DNA of 64,000 nt from Neoconidiobolus thromboides FSU 785 (Eukaryota > Fungi > Entomophthoromycota): contig MU626280.1 of the NCBI GenBank assembly GCA_025603075.1, forward strand, positions 106,717 to 170,716, read 5' to 3'. Position numbers and translations under genes: made by a program. Shown piece by piece: positions 49,443-62,317 of this stretch. The notes under the pieces were generated by a model. It had not been told where the DNA came from, made no database searches, and saw only the letters and a program-made list of their open reading frames with translations. Each line of letters opens with the position of its first letter. The stretch's first letter is position 1.

Positions 49443-51578
49443 TTAATAAAGATGAACAATTCCACGGCAGTTAGAACTCCTACAATAGCAAGGATATTTA
49501 CTTTTAAGAACTTCTTTGTTGGCGCTTTCTGTATGTGATTCTACCCCAAATGAGTAATCAAAGCATACTTCTTCATCGGGATAGATATCCCTAATAGAAA
49601 AAAAAGCTAATCTATGAAGTGAAATATTTTGATTATCAATAAGTACTGGAATAACTGCAATGTTTGGATCACATGAGTGATTGAAGAAGTGGGACAAATT
49701 ACCATACTTAAAGGCATCAATAACGTATTCACAATCTCCAGTAGGTCCATTAGAAAAATCTAAATCAAAAAGATAAGTCAATCCTCTGCTATCATACTTC
49801 TTTCCTCTTTCTTCTGCCACTTCATCAGTAATAACTTCCCCAACATATTCCTCAACAAACCTGCCTTCTGGTATAAAATCCAATGCTTTTATCCCCCACC
49901 CCTTATTTTTTGTTTTAAACACTTGTAACCTCACTGTCCTACCCTTTTGTACCACTCTAAACTGACAATCTTTAGAACAAGCGCATCGACTGTTACATTC
50001 ATAAATACCTTCATTGAGTGCAGCCTGTATTATTCCTTTTTTATCATATGGTATACCTTCATTTAAAAGTACACATGCGCAATTATCGCTTTCTCCACAA
50101 TTCCCTTTACAATCACAAGATAGCTCACTCTGCACAACTACCCCTTTAGGGTATATGTTTTTATCTATGAATGTAAAATCTTTTGGTGGTCCCTCATCAT
50201 CAATAGTATTAACGACTGAAATAGCAGGGCCAGAATCTTTACTTACAAGTTCGTAAAACTTAGCAATGTTGGAGGGTAAGACCATAGTTTGTTTTATATT
50301 CAATTTATTTTTCTATACTATTGATTTAAATGTTATAATAACGAGTATATTAATTACCTTATTATTTTTCATATATTCTGTTTCATCTTCCCCAATACGA
50401 TTTAAAAACAAATGTTCGATAGAACTTTCAAAAGCCTCAATACTTTCTTTACAGCTTAAGTTCTTTTTTGGCTCCCATGTATCATCATTTGGTGAATAAC
50501 CTTTCCAGCGTACTAAATATTCGATTCTATTCTTTGAAAAAGTTAATTTTATGATTTCAATAGCTTTATTAGCCTACACTATTTTTCCTTCTACCCAATA
50601 TAAAGTCCACCTATTAGCATTAACTAGACTTAGTTGATATTTTGGATTTTAATTATAAAGCTACCTCATATTCTTCTTGTACTTCTTGTACTTGTTTTAT
50701 CTTCTTCGGTTTCTTTACTTCCTTCATCTCCTTCACCCCCTTTTTCTTTTTATTCTTTACTATCAAATCGTTATTTGAAGCAGAGTCCCTCTTTATGGTT
50801 TCTTTGATTTTCTCTATTCTTTTGAGATAATTCATGATATAGTTAACCCGTAACTATGATAAGTTAGTCAATAAATATATATATGAGATCTATATGCTTA
50901 TCTACTTTGTTTTTTGGTTTCCTACTTGTTACTTTTATTTCGGTTGATTCTATAGTTTCCTAGAAAGATTTAGCACTGCTATATTAATGAAGGATATAAT
51001 TTACTTTTTCTTGAACAATCTTTCCTTCTCCTTTGTAATTTATATAATTTTTCATCAACTCTGCTTCTTTGTTCGATTTAATTTCAGTTTTATTATCTAG
51101 AATATTGAAGTTATTATCTTTAGATATATCCAAACATCTTTCTATTTTGCACCTTATTTCAAGTTATATTAATACTTAAGATAATCTTACCATTTGTAAC
51201 TGAGATGAAATTAGTGTCCTCATTTTTATTAAATAAGGCATCTCCTTTAATTGTACTTTCAACCACTTTTTTGATATTAGAATTATTATTCCCAACTGAG
51301 ATGGCATTAATATCCTCATTTCTGCTAAATAAGACGTCTTCTTTAGTTATATTTCTAATAGTTTTTTTAGTATCTAAACTGTGATTTATGTTCCCACTTT
51401 TATTAAATAATGTGTCTTCTTTAGTTATATTTTCAATCAATTTTTTAACATCTAATCCGTTGTTTGTAGTTGGAATGACACTAGCATTCTGACTTTTGTT
51501 AAATAAAGCATCTTCTTTTATTATGTTTTTAATTAATTGTTTGACATCCAATCTGTTACTGCTATTGTTATCGTCCAT
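49443..51578 (-). CDS. CLR4: Clr4/SUV39-type H3K9 methyltransferase (chromo + pre-SET/SET/post-SET)
   Basis: Spliced chromodomain EEYE/VDFILGRRKNS/NRIEYLVRWKGYSPNDDTWEP; Cys-rich pre-SET; KNKGWG; YLFDLD; NLSHFFNHSCDPN; post-SET CYCRSSNCRG; start codon tentative. Confidence 0.9.
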
Positions 51579-51893
51579 CTAATTAAAAATGCAATCTAAA
51601 CTAATAAACAATTTTAATTAGGTTTTATGTAGTTTTTTTAAGCTTACCTTGAAAAACTTACTATGTTAAGCCAATATAATACAAAGATCTAAATGCTTTT
51701 AATGATGATCCATAATATAGATTTAAAATATTATTTTAATTAACGTGTTCTATGATACTATATATATATTTTGTATTTAGTATTGATTGCATAATAAAGA
51801 CAAAGCCAATAAATTCAGAAGTCACAAGGAAAATCAATATCAGCAAAAAATGTAAATTTATTTAAATTTTTCAATAAAAAGATATTTTAAACT

Positions 51894-54133
51894 TTAAAGT
51901 GAAATAATGGATGTGACCACCTCTTTAACTTTCAAGCGGCTCTTCAGGTGCAACATAATGTTGATATAAAATAGGCAACTAAAATAACATATTAAAATAC
52001 AGAAATATGAAATACATGTGAAACTTACTAAAGCCAAACTAAAAGGCCCTAAAAGTACTCTAAACAAGAAATAAATAAGACAATTTATAAACAGAATCTA
52101 TCTTACCCTTTAAGTCCAAATATCATAAATCCTAAGAACATAGCCAAAGTGGTAGCAAACGTTGACAACTTAGGAATATGCTTATAAAAATGAGGATCAG
52201 CCCAAGAAGTGGCAAAATATTGAGTCAAAAACAATAAAATAGGCGAATAGGTCTTTCCCATTACCCAATACATATAAGCACATGGAGTAATTGCTGCAAA
52301 ATGGGGACCACCTAAAGGAATAACTGCCAAAACAAAGGCAATAAAACTAAAATAATAAGGGTGAGGGGCACTGAACAGATGAAAGGTAACTATCGCTAAT
52401 AAAAGATGATATAAACCCATTTGAAATGTGGTTAACCATAAACCTTGGATCACTTTAATAACATCTTTTTCAAATGGTTGATATGCATGGAGATTAAATG
52501 GGGTGGATGTTACTTTGTAAAAGACTTTTCTTATTGGTTGATAAGGCTCTTCTTTTCTACCAACTAAATAGCTAAGAGTAGTAATATAGACAATCAATTG
52601 GAAAAGTAAATCAAATAGTTTAAGGAATGCGCCTAAAGATAAGCCTCCTACTTTTCCTACCAAAAGAGTAGCGATTGGGCCAAATGATATACCAGCAAGG
52701 CTAGATTCAGATAGTGAATGAAGGTTGAATTTTTCAACCAAAAATACCCCTAAATTTTTAGTTTCCTCTACAAGTTGAGTTAACGAAGACATGTTTGACA
52801 AGCTTCGAATAGAAACATGATAATTGTTTAAAGTCACGTTATAAAGGTTAGGAGCCAAGTCTTCCAACTTTGTCCAAAATTCATCAGAATGAAAGTATTC
52901 AGATAAGTGGGTGATATTTATATCAGTATAATTATTACTTTGAAACCAATTATCAACATTCTCTTTAACGCTTTGTTGATAACTATTGAGTTCTGGATAT
53001 TCTGATATTAATTTTCCACTTAAATCTTTAGTCTCATGATAAACAAATTTACTTCCCTTTTCTATTAGAATTTTAGTACTATGGCTAAATTCTCCTATAG
53101 TAAGTAGTAATAATTTTGTAACTAAATAAATTAATCCGAAGGTAATTGAAAGTACCAAAAAAGAAGTAAGACTATCCGTTAAACCATTATTAATAGTATT
53201 GCATAAAACATTATTGATTTTTTTCATTATAGTAATTCCAAGACTTGACCCAGTGTTCAGAATATTTTGTAGCTTTGGGGACACAGTATTTAATTGCTTA
53301 CTAAACTTATAGGTCGAAAATAGTATGATTGATATTACAATAAATGATAAAGAATAATGAAATAAAAAATTAAACGAATAAAAGATAGTTGCTGCACGAA
53401 CGACTTGGACTATATAAAACCAATCTGTAGTAGCTAAGCTAGAGCAAAAATTGTCAAGTCCATTTGTTTGAAATCTCAAGTCCAACATTTCTTCGTCTTT
53501 GCTTTCCTCCAAAACTCTGCTACTTGTCCCACCATTCATTTCTACTTCTTCTTTTTTAATATCACTTTTTTTAATGCTTGGGTCTAAATAATCAAGCCCT
53601 AAGTAAAAAGAAAGATTTGAAAGGAATAAATTGGTAGTATATTCTCCTAGTATGATCTTAAAAGAGTTAGATATAAATTATAGTTAAAAAGTTTTACTTG
53701 ACTGAATCCCTTAATAACACAAAGTAAAATAAATGAAAAGGTAGAGTTTTTCGCTCTTCCCTCTAACTCTGATTTGAAATAATTTTCCAATCTTGTTCTT
53801 ACACTATGCTAAAAAATAACTTATTACTTATAATGGTACACTACTTATTATCTTCTTACCAAGGGTATAGCCATAAGAAATGCTAAACAAATAGAAGTTA
53901 AATAGGGTTGGAACCTAATTCATAAATTGAGTCATTTTTTAATCAACATTAATAAGTAATGAATTAACTTACAACCACATATTCGAAACCAATAAGACTA
54001 GACCAGCGCATGACAATAAGACGCCATTTAAAGAAATTGAATTCATAAATTTACTATCATTAGTAGGTAATGGGCCCACTTTTCCATCAAACTCAGATAT
54101 TACTTGAGCCATTTCGTAATTAGGATTTGACAT
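51894..54133 (-). CDS. Multi-pass membrane protein, TMEM245 / AI-2E-like
   Basis: N-terminal FQPYLTSICLAFLMAIPL; C-terminal FVLAVIPLGGPH..WADPHFY..TTLAMFLGFMIFGLKG/VLLGP; several introns. Confidence 0.7.
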
Positions 54134-54455
54134 TGTAAAAAAAATAAATAGCTGAAATTGTTTTTAAATTATGACGTACAATTTATTCAAGTTTTTTAAT
54201 CTCAAGCCTCCTATATTTTTCCCCCTTAATCGTACAATTTTTAACTTTAAAAGTAGTAATTAGATCATTTTATCTACTAATAGTCGTTTGACAGGCAATG
54301 ATGTGAAGGTAATATAAATTTTAATTATTAAATTCCTCAGTACTATTGTAAGTTTAGTTTATTCAATTACCCCCCTATTAATAAACCCAAGGAAAGTTAA
54401 TGTTATAAGTAAAGATAAGGATTTATTAATCTTAGTTATTGTTGATTTAATATTT

Positions 54456-54551
54456 GATAATGTTTTTTGGTTTCATTACTTTTTCCATTTTTTGAACGTT
54501 ATTTGAGTGCAAATTTTATCAGCAAAATTCTTAAACAAAAAAAACATCCCC
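54456..54551 (-). mobile_element. MITE copy (reverse)
   Basis: Reverse match; direct flanks ATTT/ATTT. Confidence 0.85.
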
Positions 54552-55526
54552 ATTTTATAACATAATACTAAATTATTATTATTGAAAAGTTTAAATTATT
54601 ATTAGAACCGTACAATACGATTTGATCACTGAAAAATGTCAATAACCCTCCTTCCTAGCTATAACTTAAAAAGGCTCTCAAACTACTTTTCGCCCGACCT
54701 ACTGATTTCTATATTATTTGGACCTGCTCCTATAGATATTTATGTTTTTGTATATTGTAATTACATAAGCCAGTTAACCATCACTTTATAAATATTTTTG
54801 TTATTTAAGAAAACCTGTTTCTTTCAAATTCTAACTATATTAATATTAACTATTAAATAGGAGCCATGACTGTTTCGTTTCTAATTGTAGTTTGTATATT
54901 TTATCGATTTTTTAATATGGAATTAGTGATAAAATTTGTATAAAAAACTATGTTTTACTAGTCATAGTTTGTTAAGTTTTAGCAAGTAAGCCAAATGAAT
55001 ATAAAATTTAATAAAGTTCCTTTTCATTTCGTTGATAGTATAATAAAATGATGGCCTTTCAATTTAACTATCTGCTTAGTATTTTGAAGAAATTTTGAGG
55101 TAGCAGATCCTAAGAAATTACTTGAATTACGCTTTAAAAATGAATATTTGGGGGTGTCTCAATTAGTTTCATCATTTTATCCAATTTTTAAAAATTTTGT
55201 ATTTCAAAAACCTCGCTCAAAATTTTTTATTAAAATAAAAGTATCCAGACACAGTTCTAAATCATTCTATTATAGTTTATACTGTAATTTAGTTGAATTT
55301 CTACTAGATCTTAAATACATATTCTTATAAAACTTTATTGAGAAATGTTTATTATTGACTGCTTTATAAACAACATTGCAGATTTGTTAGCAAATAAATA
55401 AACTATTTCAATGCTATAATTACATCATTAATATATTCATAAGTTAATAAATAGCTGTATGGGAGGAAGTGATTAGTCCCAAAACTATAATCAACCATCT
55501 CTATATAGTACAAGTAATATAATAAT

Positions 55527-55619
55527 GGGGCTGTTTTTTTGGTTTCATTATTTTTCCATTTTTTAAGCGCTATTTGAGTGGAAAGATTGTAGCAAAATGC
55601 TAAACAAAAAAACATCCCC
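55527..55619 (-). mobile_element. MITE copy (reverse)
   Basis: Reverse match; flanks imperfect (TAAT/AATA). Confidence 0.85.
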
Positions 55620-55729
55620 AATAGTTTTCACGACTTATTACAATTACTTGTTCTTTGAATATTTATTAACTTAGCTATAACCTAAGCAATATTAACATTT
55701 AATAATCTATTTCTATCGTTTAACGAAAT

Positions 55730-56434
55730 ACTTGTTTAGTGAATATTGAAACTTTTAGAGTTTCTGTTATTTTTGTAAGATAAGCTGAGATTGATCTTTT
55801 AATTTTTCTATTTTCTATGGACTCTATAGCTTTAATTGGAACTATATCGCTTTTTTTGATGTATTAGATACTGGATAATAATGCAGTTTATCGTTATGTT
55901 TAATAATATGTAAATACTTCTTAATGTCTTGTATTTCTATTATTCTTTTTATATTTTTGTTTCATACTTTTTAAAAGCTATATCTATTTTCTCATTATCA
56001 ACAATCGAATTATTAATTTTATTATGTTCGCAGATAAAAGTCTTAAATCTCGAAACTAATTGATTGATATGGTGATGTTTTTTGGTTTCATTATTTTTCC
56101 ATTTTTTAAGCGCTATTTGAGTGCAAAAATTATTAGTGAAGCTCTTAAACACAAAAATACATTCCCATATCTTCTATTTTATCTAATGCTTCAAAACTAC
56201 TTTTCCATTCTGAAAGGTTTCCAAAATATCCATCAACTATACTTTTTCCATGATGCTCAGTAAAAAAATTAAGATTAACATTCAAACTACTATTTATTTT
56301 GTGAATTTCTTTAAACATATAATATAAAAACTCTTGAGATCTAAAATGATTTCCTGTATCTGTCAATATATTAACTTTTGTAAACTTTTTAAATAGAAGC
56401 CTTGTAGAGATTAAATCAATTAACAATCTCCTGC
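55730..56434 (-). pseudogene. Fossil DNA-transposon transposase fragment (Sola-like), interrupted by a MITE
   Basis: NILTDTGNHFRSQEFL...NLNFFTEHHGKSIVDGYFGNLS; removing MITE 56071-56166 and one ATAT joins LDKIED-INQLVSRFK in frame; frameshifted continuation IQDIKKYLHII; left boundary approximate. Confidence 0.7.
56071..56166 (-). mobile_element. MITE copy inserted in the transposase fossil
   Basis: Reverse match; flanks ATAT/ATAT. Confidence 0.9.
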
Positions 56435-56438
56435 ATAT

Positions 56439-56523
56439 GGGGATATATTTTTTTGTTTAAAAATTTTACTCTTCACTCAGATAGTGTTTAAAAATGGAAA
56501 AATGATAAAACTAAAAACATCCT
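56439..56523 (+). mobile_element. MITE copy with internal deletion
   Basis: Left TIR after ATAT; lacks the AACAATCT core; right end degenerate. Confidence 0.75.
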
Positions 56524-56832
56524 TGCATTTTCAAATACAGCCCCTCTTGGAACTTTTTTATACCCTATTTAAAAGTTTAAAAAAGCTAAAATTCTTAAAT
56601 ATAAGGCTCAAGGTTTAAAAAAATAAAAAATAAAAAGTTATAAATAAGCACTAAAAAGGTCGTTAAGAGTTACAATAGCTGTAAGTTTAAAAAAATCAGA
56701 TATTTAATTTTAAGCTTTGACAAGGTATTTAAATTAAAAATAAAGTAGGGCACTTTTTTAGTTCATTTTGATTCTAAGAATTAATAAGTTAAATAACAGC
56801 AAGTCTATTTTACCAAAGCTTTAATCAAAACA

Positions 56833-59800
56833 ATGACGTTAACTCGGGTAGCTATTTATACCTTTAAATAACCATTAGCTCTAATCCTTACATAGAAAGA
56901 GGTTCCGGAATGGTTAAGAGCTAATTCTACAATGTCAGCTACGAGTAATTTCACTATCTCGAAATCGAGTAATAACCCTTCAAAACAAAATCCCTTGAAG
57001 GTAAGCCTTATACATGTCAAAACTATTATGCTAATCTTACATAGATGTCAAGGAAAAACTCAAAGAAAAGTAAACGCATAATTTAATTTTAGCTTATTAC
57101 TTATGATCAAAGGTTCTGAAAGCAATGCTTCAAAAGAAAGGGTTCCTGATGAAAACGAATTAGTAATTCATATCTATTTAAACAAGTTGAAATTTGAGAA
57201 AAAGGTAAAATGTTTATCGTTTTGGGAGCTTACTTTAATGCATTAACCTTAGAATGGCTCGCTACTTTTTATGAGCCCAATAAAAGTACATTATGATCTA
57301 AATATAAAACTTTGGACTAAAAACTTTTTAGCTTTTTTTGGGGTACATAGAAAGACAAGAAATACCTACAGAGTTAATTTGTATATTTGATGACGCTGGA
57401 TGCAAATATGAGGATGGTAATAGGCTTTTGTACAATGATTAATTACTAATATAAAAATTTAGGGCACCTCCTTGCTAATTTATATGATTATAGGCATATA
57501 GTAAAGCCTGATTCAGCAGAACCAAACCCAAATCAAGCAAGGAAATTATTTACCAAAATGAAACCAACTCAACAAAGTATTGTTGAAGACATAAAATACT
57601 TGAGTGAAAAAGCCAAAATTCTGATAACAAAAGAAGAAGTTTTAGAGCTAGAATCAAGATTACTGGTAATTATAAATCTTTTGCTTGATGTTGGTTTTAA
57701 TTTTTTTAGTTGTTTCACAATCCTGTTCTAAATCTAGCAGTTGATGACGCATCTATTGCTATTAATAACGCAATGATGAATATTAAGAATTCCAAGCATA
57801 TTGAACCGGAAAAGTGTATGAAAAATTCATCCGAACTTGAGGAAGAAGAAGCAGAAAGAGAGGAAATTAAGAGAATGCTAATAATGATGAAAGATGTATT
57901 TTACTATTAATTCTAAAATTTTTTTGCTAAATTTTTTCACAATAGTCACCACTTAAAAACAAGCTCATGGAAGGGTAATTAGCTGGTTATTTTTTTACTT
58001 GCTTATCTAGTATTTAATCGTTATTGTTAGGCTTGATCTTCTTGCTTTTATAAAAGAACGTGGTAAACGTAAATTTGGTTCAGATGGAAATTCAAATCCT
58101 TCAGGAGAGCTTAAAAAGCCAAAAAGTATTTTAGTTCTATTTTCAAACATAACTTTTATTCATTATTTATCAGCTACCGTCCAAAGTTCTATTCCAGGTT
58201 ATACTCTCATTAGATGCTTGAGTTTCCAGAGTGTGGAAGGCGATGGTAATTCATTATCTATACTTAAATCAATACTAATAAGCCTAGGTGGTGGTTTATC
58301 CACAAACGATATTTATATGAGCGTGGGAGGGAAATATAAGGCTATATTGAAACTCAGAATAGATCCAGAGACGAATATTGAAGAATCCTCAAAAGAGTAG
58401 GTTCAATTTTACTTTTTAAAATGAGTATTTATTATTTAGGGTGAATTTCGATGATAACAAAGAGTTAGAGGCTTATATTAAAAATTTTTTAGAGCATTAT
58501 ACATTAAACAATAAGCTTATTTCTGATTCTAAACCAATTCCTACAGAAATCCAGCCCATACAAAAGACAACAAAGGTACCTGGTGCTACTGAAGTTTCAA
58601 AAACTCTTTCTAAAGCTATCGCTAATAATCAAGTGAATCATTCAGTGGCAGCTCCTGCTGCTAAAAAGAACTCCAATTCCGATCAACCAGTAAAGAAGAA
58701 TAATGGTGGTAGAAGAAAGGGATCCAGTTCAGCTATTTCCCAGCCAGCTGCAAGTAAACCAACTTCAGTTAATATTCCAAACGCGCCTTTAATTCCTGAA
58801 ATTACAAATGAGACTAATCAAGGTTTACAACCTAGCATTCAACTTGCTCAATATCACCAAGGAATACAACAGCAACTTTACGCAAACACAGGTGGGATTC
58901 AGCAAGGAAATATAGCTCCTCAACAAGTTAGACCAATATTGCATCCTAATTTAGGCCAAGCTGCAATTAGACCAATCCCGCAAACCGTTCCTATCGCAAG
59001 GTTACAACAGCATGTAATGAAAGGATTGATTAACAACCAGCAACAGGTCCCTGGGAACCCCAACCAGATGGGTGCTGGAGCAGCTATGCAGCCCAATGCC
59101 ATGTACCAACAAAATATTGAAGCTATAAGACAGGCCCAAATCTTGAGTGCTCAACAAAATAGCGCAGTCCGCCCACAACAAAATCAGCTTGTAGTATTAA
59201 CCCCTCAACAAAGAGAAGTTTTGGCAAATCTTCAGAATTTAGTTCCGCTTACACAGCAACAAAATCAGGTATTGGATTCCCTTTTACAACAACCTAATAT
59301 AAACCAGCATTACAGAAATGCTATTATTAATATGCGTGTTCGCCATGATCTCGCATTAAAGCAAAACCAAAATCAAAATCAAAATCAAAATCAAAATCAA
59401 AATCAAGGCCAAAGCCAAGCCACTAACGTAATAGCTGATAACAATGTTGCCCAAGTTCCATCATCTATTAGAGAGAGAAGTATGTCTACCAAGCATCAAG
59501 CTTCAGAAACCCCAAACATTCCTAACTCACAATTTAACTCACAAATTGAAGCAGTCGCTGGAGCACAAATGCCTATTAATCAAAATGGGCAAGGCGGATT
59601 TCAAAATAGTAATGCTCCTCAACCCAATCAAACCCCAGTACAACATACTCCCAATATTGCTCCTCACCCCAGCGTACAGCAACAGCATCCAAACCAGCTT
59701 TTGGCGATCAATCAACAGCTATACAACCAAATGCAGCAATGCGCTTTATCACCTCAAGAAGCTGCGATGCTTCAATTCCTTCAAGCCCAATCCGCTCTAA

Positions 59801-60573
59801 GCCCTCAACAACTTATAATCCGTAATCAATTAGTACATAAGTATAGTCTTTTTAAAAAGTATCAGCAAACTCTTTTACAGCAACAACAGGCTATTAGATT
59901 TAAACAGGCTTTAAATCAACAGCAACTCATGAATGCTCAAAACCAGCAAAATCAACAAGGCCAGCAAAGTGAACAGACGAGTTCTAATCAAGGCATCAAC
60001 AATCAAATTTCCAATGAAGGGAACAACGGACAGCCAATTATGCCAAATAATAACGCAAATGCAATGCACCAAATGTCTCCAGAAGAACAGCAGGCTTATC
60101 GATTTAATCAATATCAAACCATTCAACGTCAACAGTATCTAGCACAGGTTAATGGCCAAAATCTTATTGGTCAAGGACAAGGAATCAATCCACAAATACA
60201 AGGAATACGTCCTGGGTTCCAAATGCAGCAGGCCTTTTTAGCTCAATTACAACAACAAGGCCTTCAAGGCCAATTATCAAATCTCAACCCTCAACAACTG
60301 CAAAGTGTTAATTATCAACTAGCTTTACAGCAGCAAGCTCGACAGGCACAACAAATGAATATGAGAAACCAAGCACAACAAATGAATATTGGAAACCAAG
60401 CGCAACATATGAATATTGGAAACCAAGCGCAGCAAATGAATCCAATGGGGAATCCAATGGGGAATCCAATGGGCAACCCGATGAACATGAATGGCAATAC
60501 GGATGGAACTCCTACCCAGATCCCAAATCATTTTTCTCAAAATCAAAATATGCAAAATCACCAAAACAGATAA
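56833..60573 (+). CDS. SPT20: SAGA subunit Spt20-like with a long Q/N-rich C-terminus
   Basis: Spliced 5' exons: ELVIHIYLNKLKFEK, FLGYIERQEIPTELICIFDDAGCKYEDG/HLLANLYDYR (Spt20-like IP..L...FYDGCLIV...DYR motif), ELESRLL; last exon ~710 aa Q-rich; 5' exon structure tentative. Confidence 0.65.
60346..60490 (+). repeat. Coding tandem repeats (27-bp AQQMNIGNQ x~3.5; 12-bp NPMG x3)
   Basis: GCACAACAAATGAATATTGGAAACCAA units followed by CCAATGGGGAAT units. Confidence 0.85.
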
Positions 60574-61112
60574 AGTTCTACAATACAATTAAGACTCGTT
60601 ATTGAATGCTTTTTTGTTGCTTCAAGTCTATTATTCAAGCTTATTTATATTATATTGTTATGTTATAAGGATTTTTATTTGGACGTTTAGCTTGTGGTTT
60701 TAGCAAATCAGTAGGATTTCTTTTAATACTTTAAAAAGAATCCTATAGTTGCCAGTTTTAAATGTAACATCAGTGTTAAATAAAGGTTAGCATTTGAATG
60801 AAAGTTAAAAAAGTTCCTACTGTTTTTATTATATTTTGAATCATTTTTGTCAGTTTAATTATAAATATACAATAACTATATAAATTAATATTTTTCTAGA
60901 TGATATAGAACTTTACTACTGTTCCTCATTTTAGAGATATCGCTAACTTTATAGTGTATGGTTTTTAATCAATTATACTTGTTTAAGACTATAAACTAAG
61001 TTAGAATATATCATTTTTGAAAGTATAGTTGAATTTATAACTAATACTTCTATAATTATACTGAAGTCTTTCATGCTTAAATACAAAGTAGCTAAATAAT
61101 TATTATATATAT

Positions 61113-61206
61113 GGGAATGTATTTTTTTAAGAATTTTATTAACAATCTTTCCACTCAAATAGTGCTTAAAAAATGGAAAGATGATGAAATCAAAAAAAAC
61201 ATCACC
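61113..61206 (+). mobile_element. MITE copy
   Basis: Matches consensus; flanks ATAT/ATGT. Confidence 0.85.
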
Positions 61207-61550
61207 ATGTGCTATAATCAAAATTAAATAACTATAAATCAAATTCAAATAGTAAAATTCTTACTATTTCAGTATATCTAATACTCTGAGCCATCTCTAC
61301 AAAATACTTTTAATAAATAGAGTTATTAATGTTCAAAATGTAACACATACAAAAACGGAAAAAAGATAGTTTATATTAGATAATATATTCTTTTTTTTAG
61401 AAATTGGGAGAATCGCTTTAATTATGTTAGGTACTTAATTTAATATTAGAGTTAAAAGATGCCTTTAAGATAGTTGACATAGAAATCAAAATAATTAAAA
61501 TGATACTATTTTTTGATAAAAAAATAAACCAGATCTCCTTCCTTGGCTCT

Positions 61551-62317
61551 TTAAAGTATACTACACTTCTTCTTAGAATTTCTACGTTCATTGACTGTGA
61601 GTCTTCCTGCTTCTTCAAACAATTGATTAACTCCATCCCTAGTTTTAGCTGATGTTTCTAAATATTTAGCTGCTCCTATTTTTTTAGCTAATTGAACTCC
61701 CTAAATAATTTATTTAATTTAATGGGATTATTTTGATATACAATATACCTGTTCATATGTAACTGGGGATTGTCCTAGTGCTTTTAATGAATTGATAGTT
61801 GAAGGATCATTTCGAAGATCCTTTTTATTTCCCACTAATATTATTGGTGCTTGGGGACAAAAATGTACTACTTCTGAATTCCACTATTAAGAGTAAATAA
61901 ATTATATTTTAAAAACTAAAGATGCGTTACTTTAGCACTGACATTGTCATAGGAGTCAGGTGAATCTATCGAAAAGGCAATCAATACTACGTTAGTATCT
62001 GGATAAGCTAAAGGCCTTAATCTATCATAACCTTCTTGGCCTAAAAAAATAAGTAACAAAATTTTAAACTTAAAATTTAATTACCAGCGGTGTCCCATAA
62101 AGCAATTTCAACTACTTGGTTGTCAAACTTTACATCAGCGGTATAATTTTCGAAAACGGTTGGTACATAAGTCTTTTAAAAATTAAGCGAGAATTAAATT
62201 TAAAAAAGGAATAATTACCTCTGGAAATACACCTTTAACATAAACAAATAAAAGACATGTTTTTCCACAGGCACCATCACCTACTATTACTAACTTTTTT
62301 CTTTCTACACCAACCAT
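61551..62317 (-). CDS. RHO1: Rho-family small GTPase (Rho1/RhoA-like)
   Basis: [18 protein letters not shown]; YVPTVFENY; [16 protein letters not shown]; VGNKKDLR; ETSAK; CaaX CSIL*; 4 introns; exact paralogue identity uncertain. Confidence 0.88.

Noticed and set aside
61427-61636. 69-aa minus-strand ORF
   Set aside because: Alternative frame of the last Rho exon. Likewise 59444 and 59933 are off-frame ORFs inside the Spt20 exon, and 30568 overlaps the start of the peptidase.
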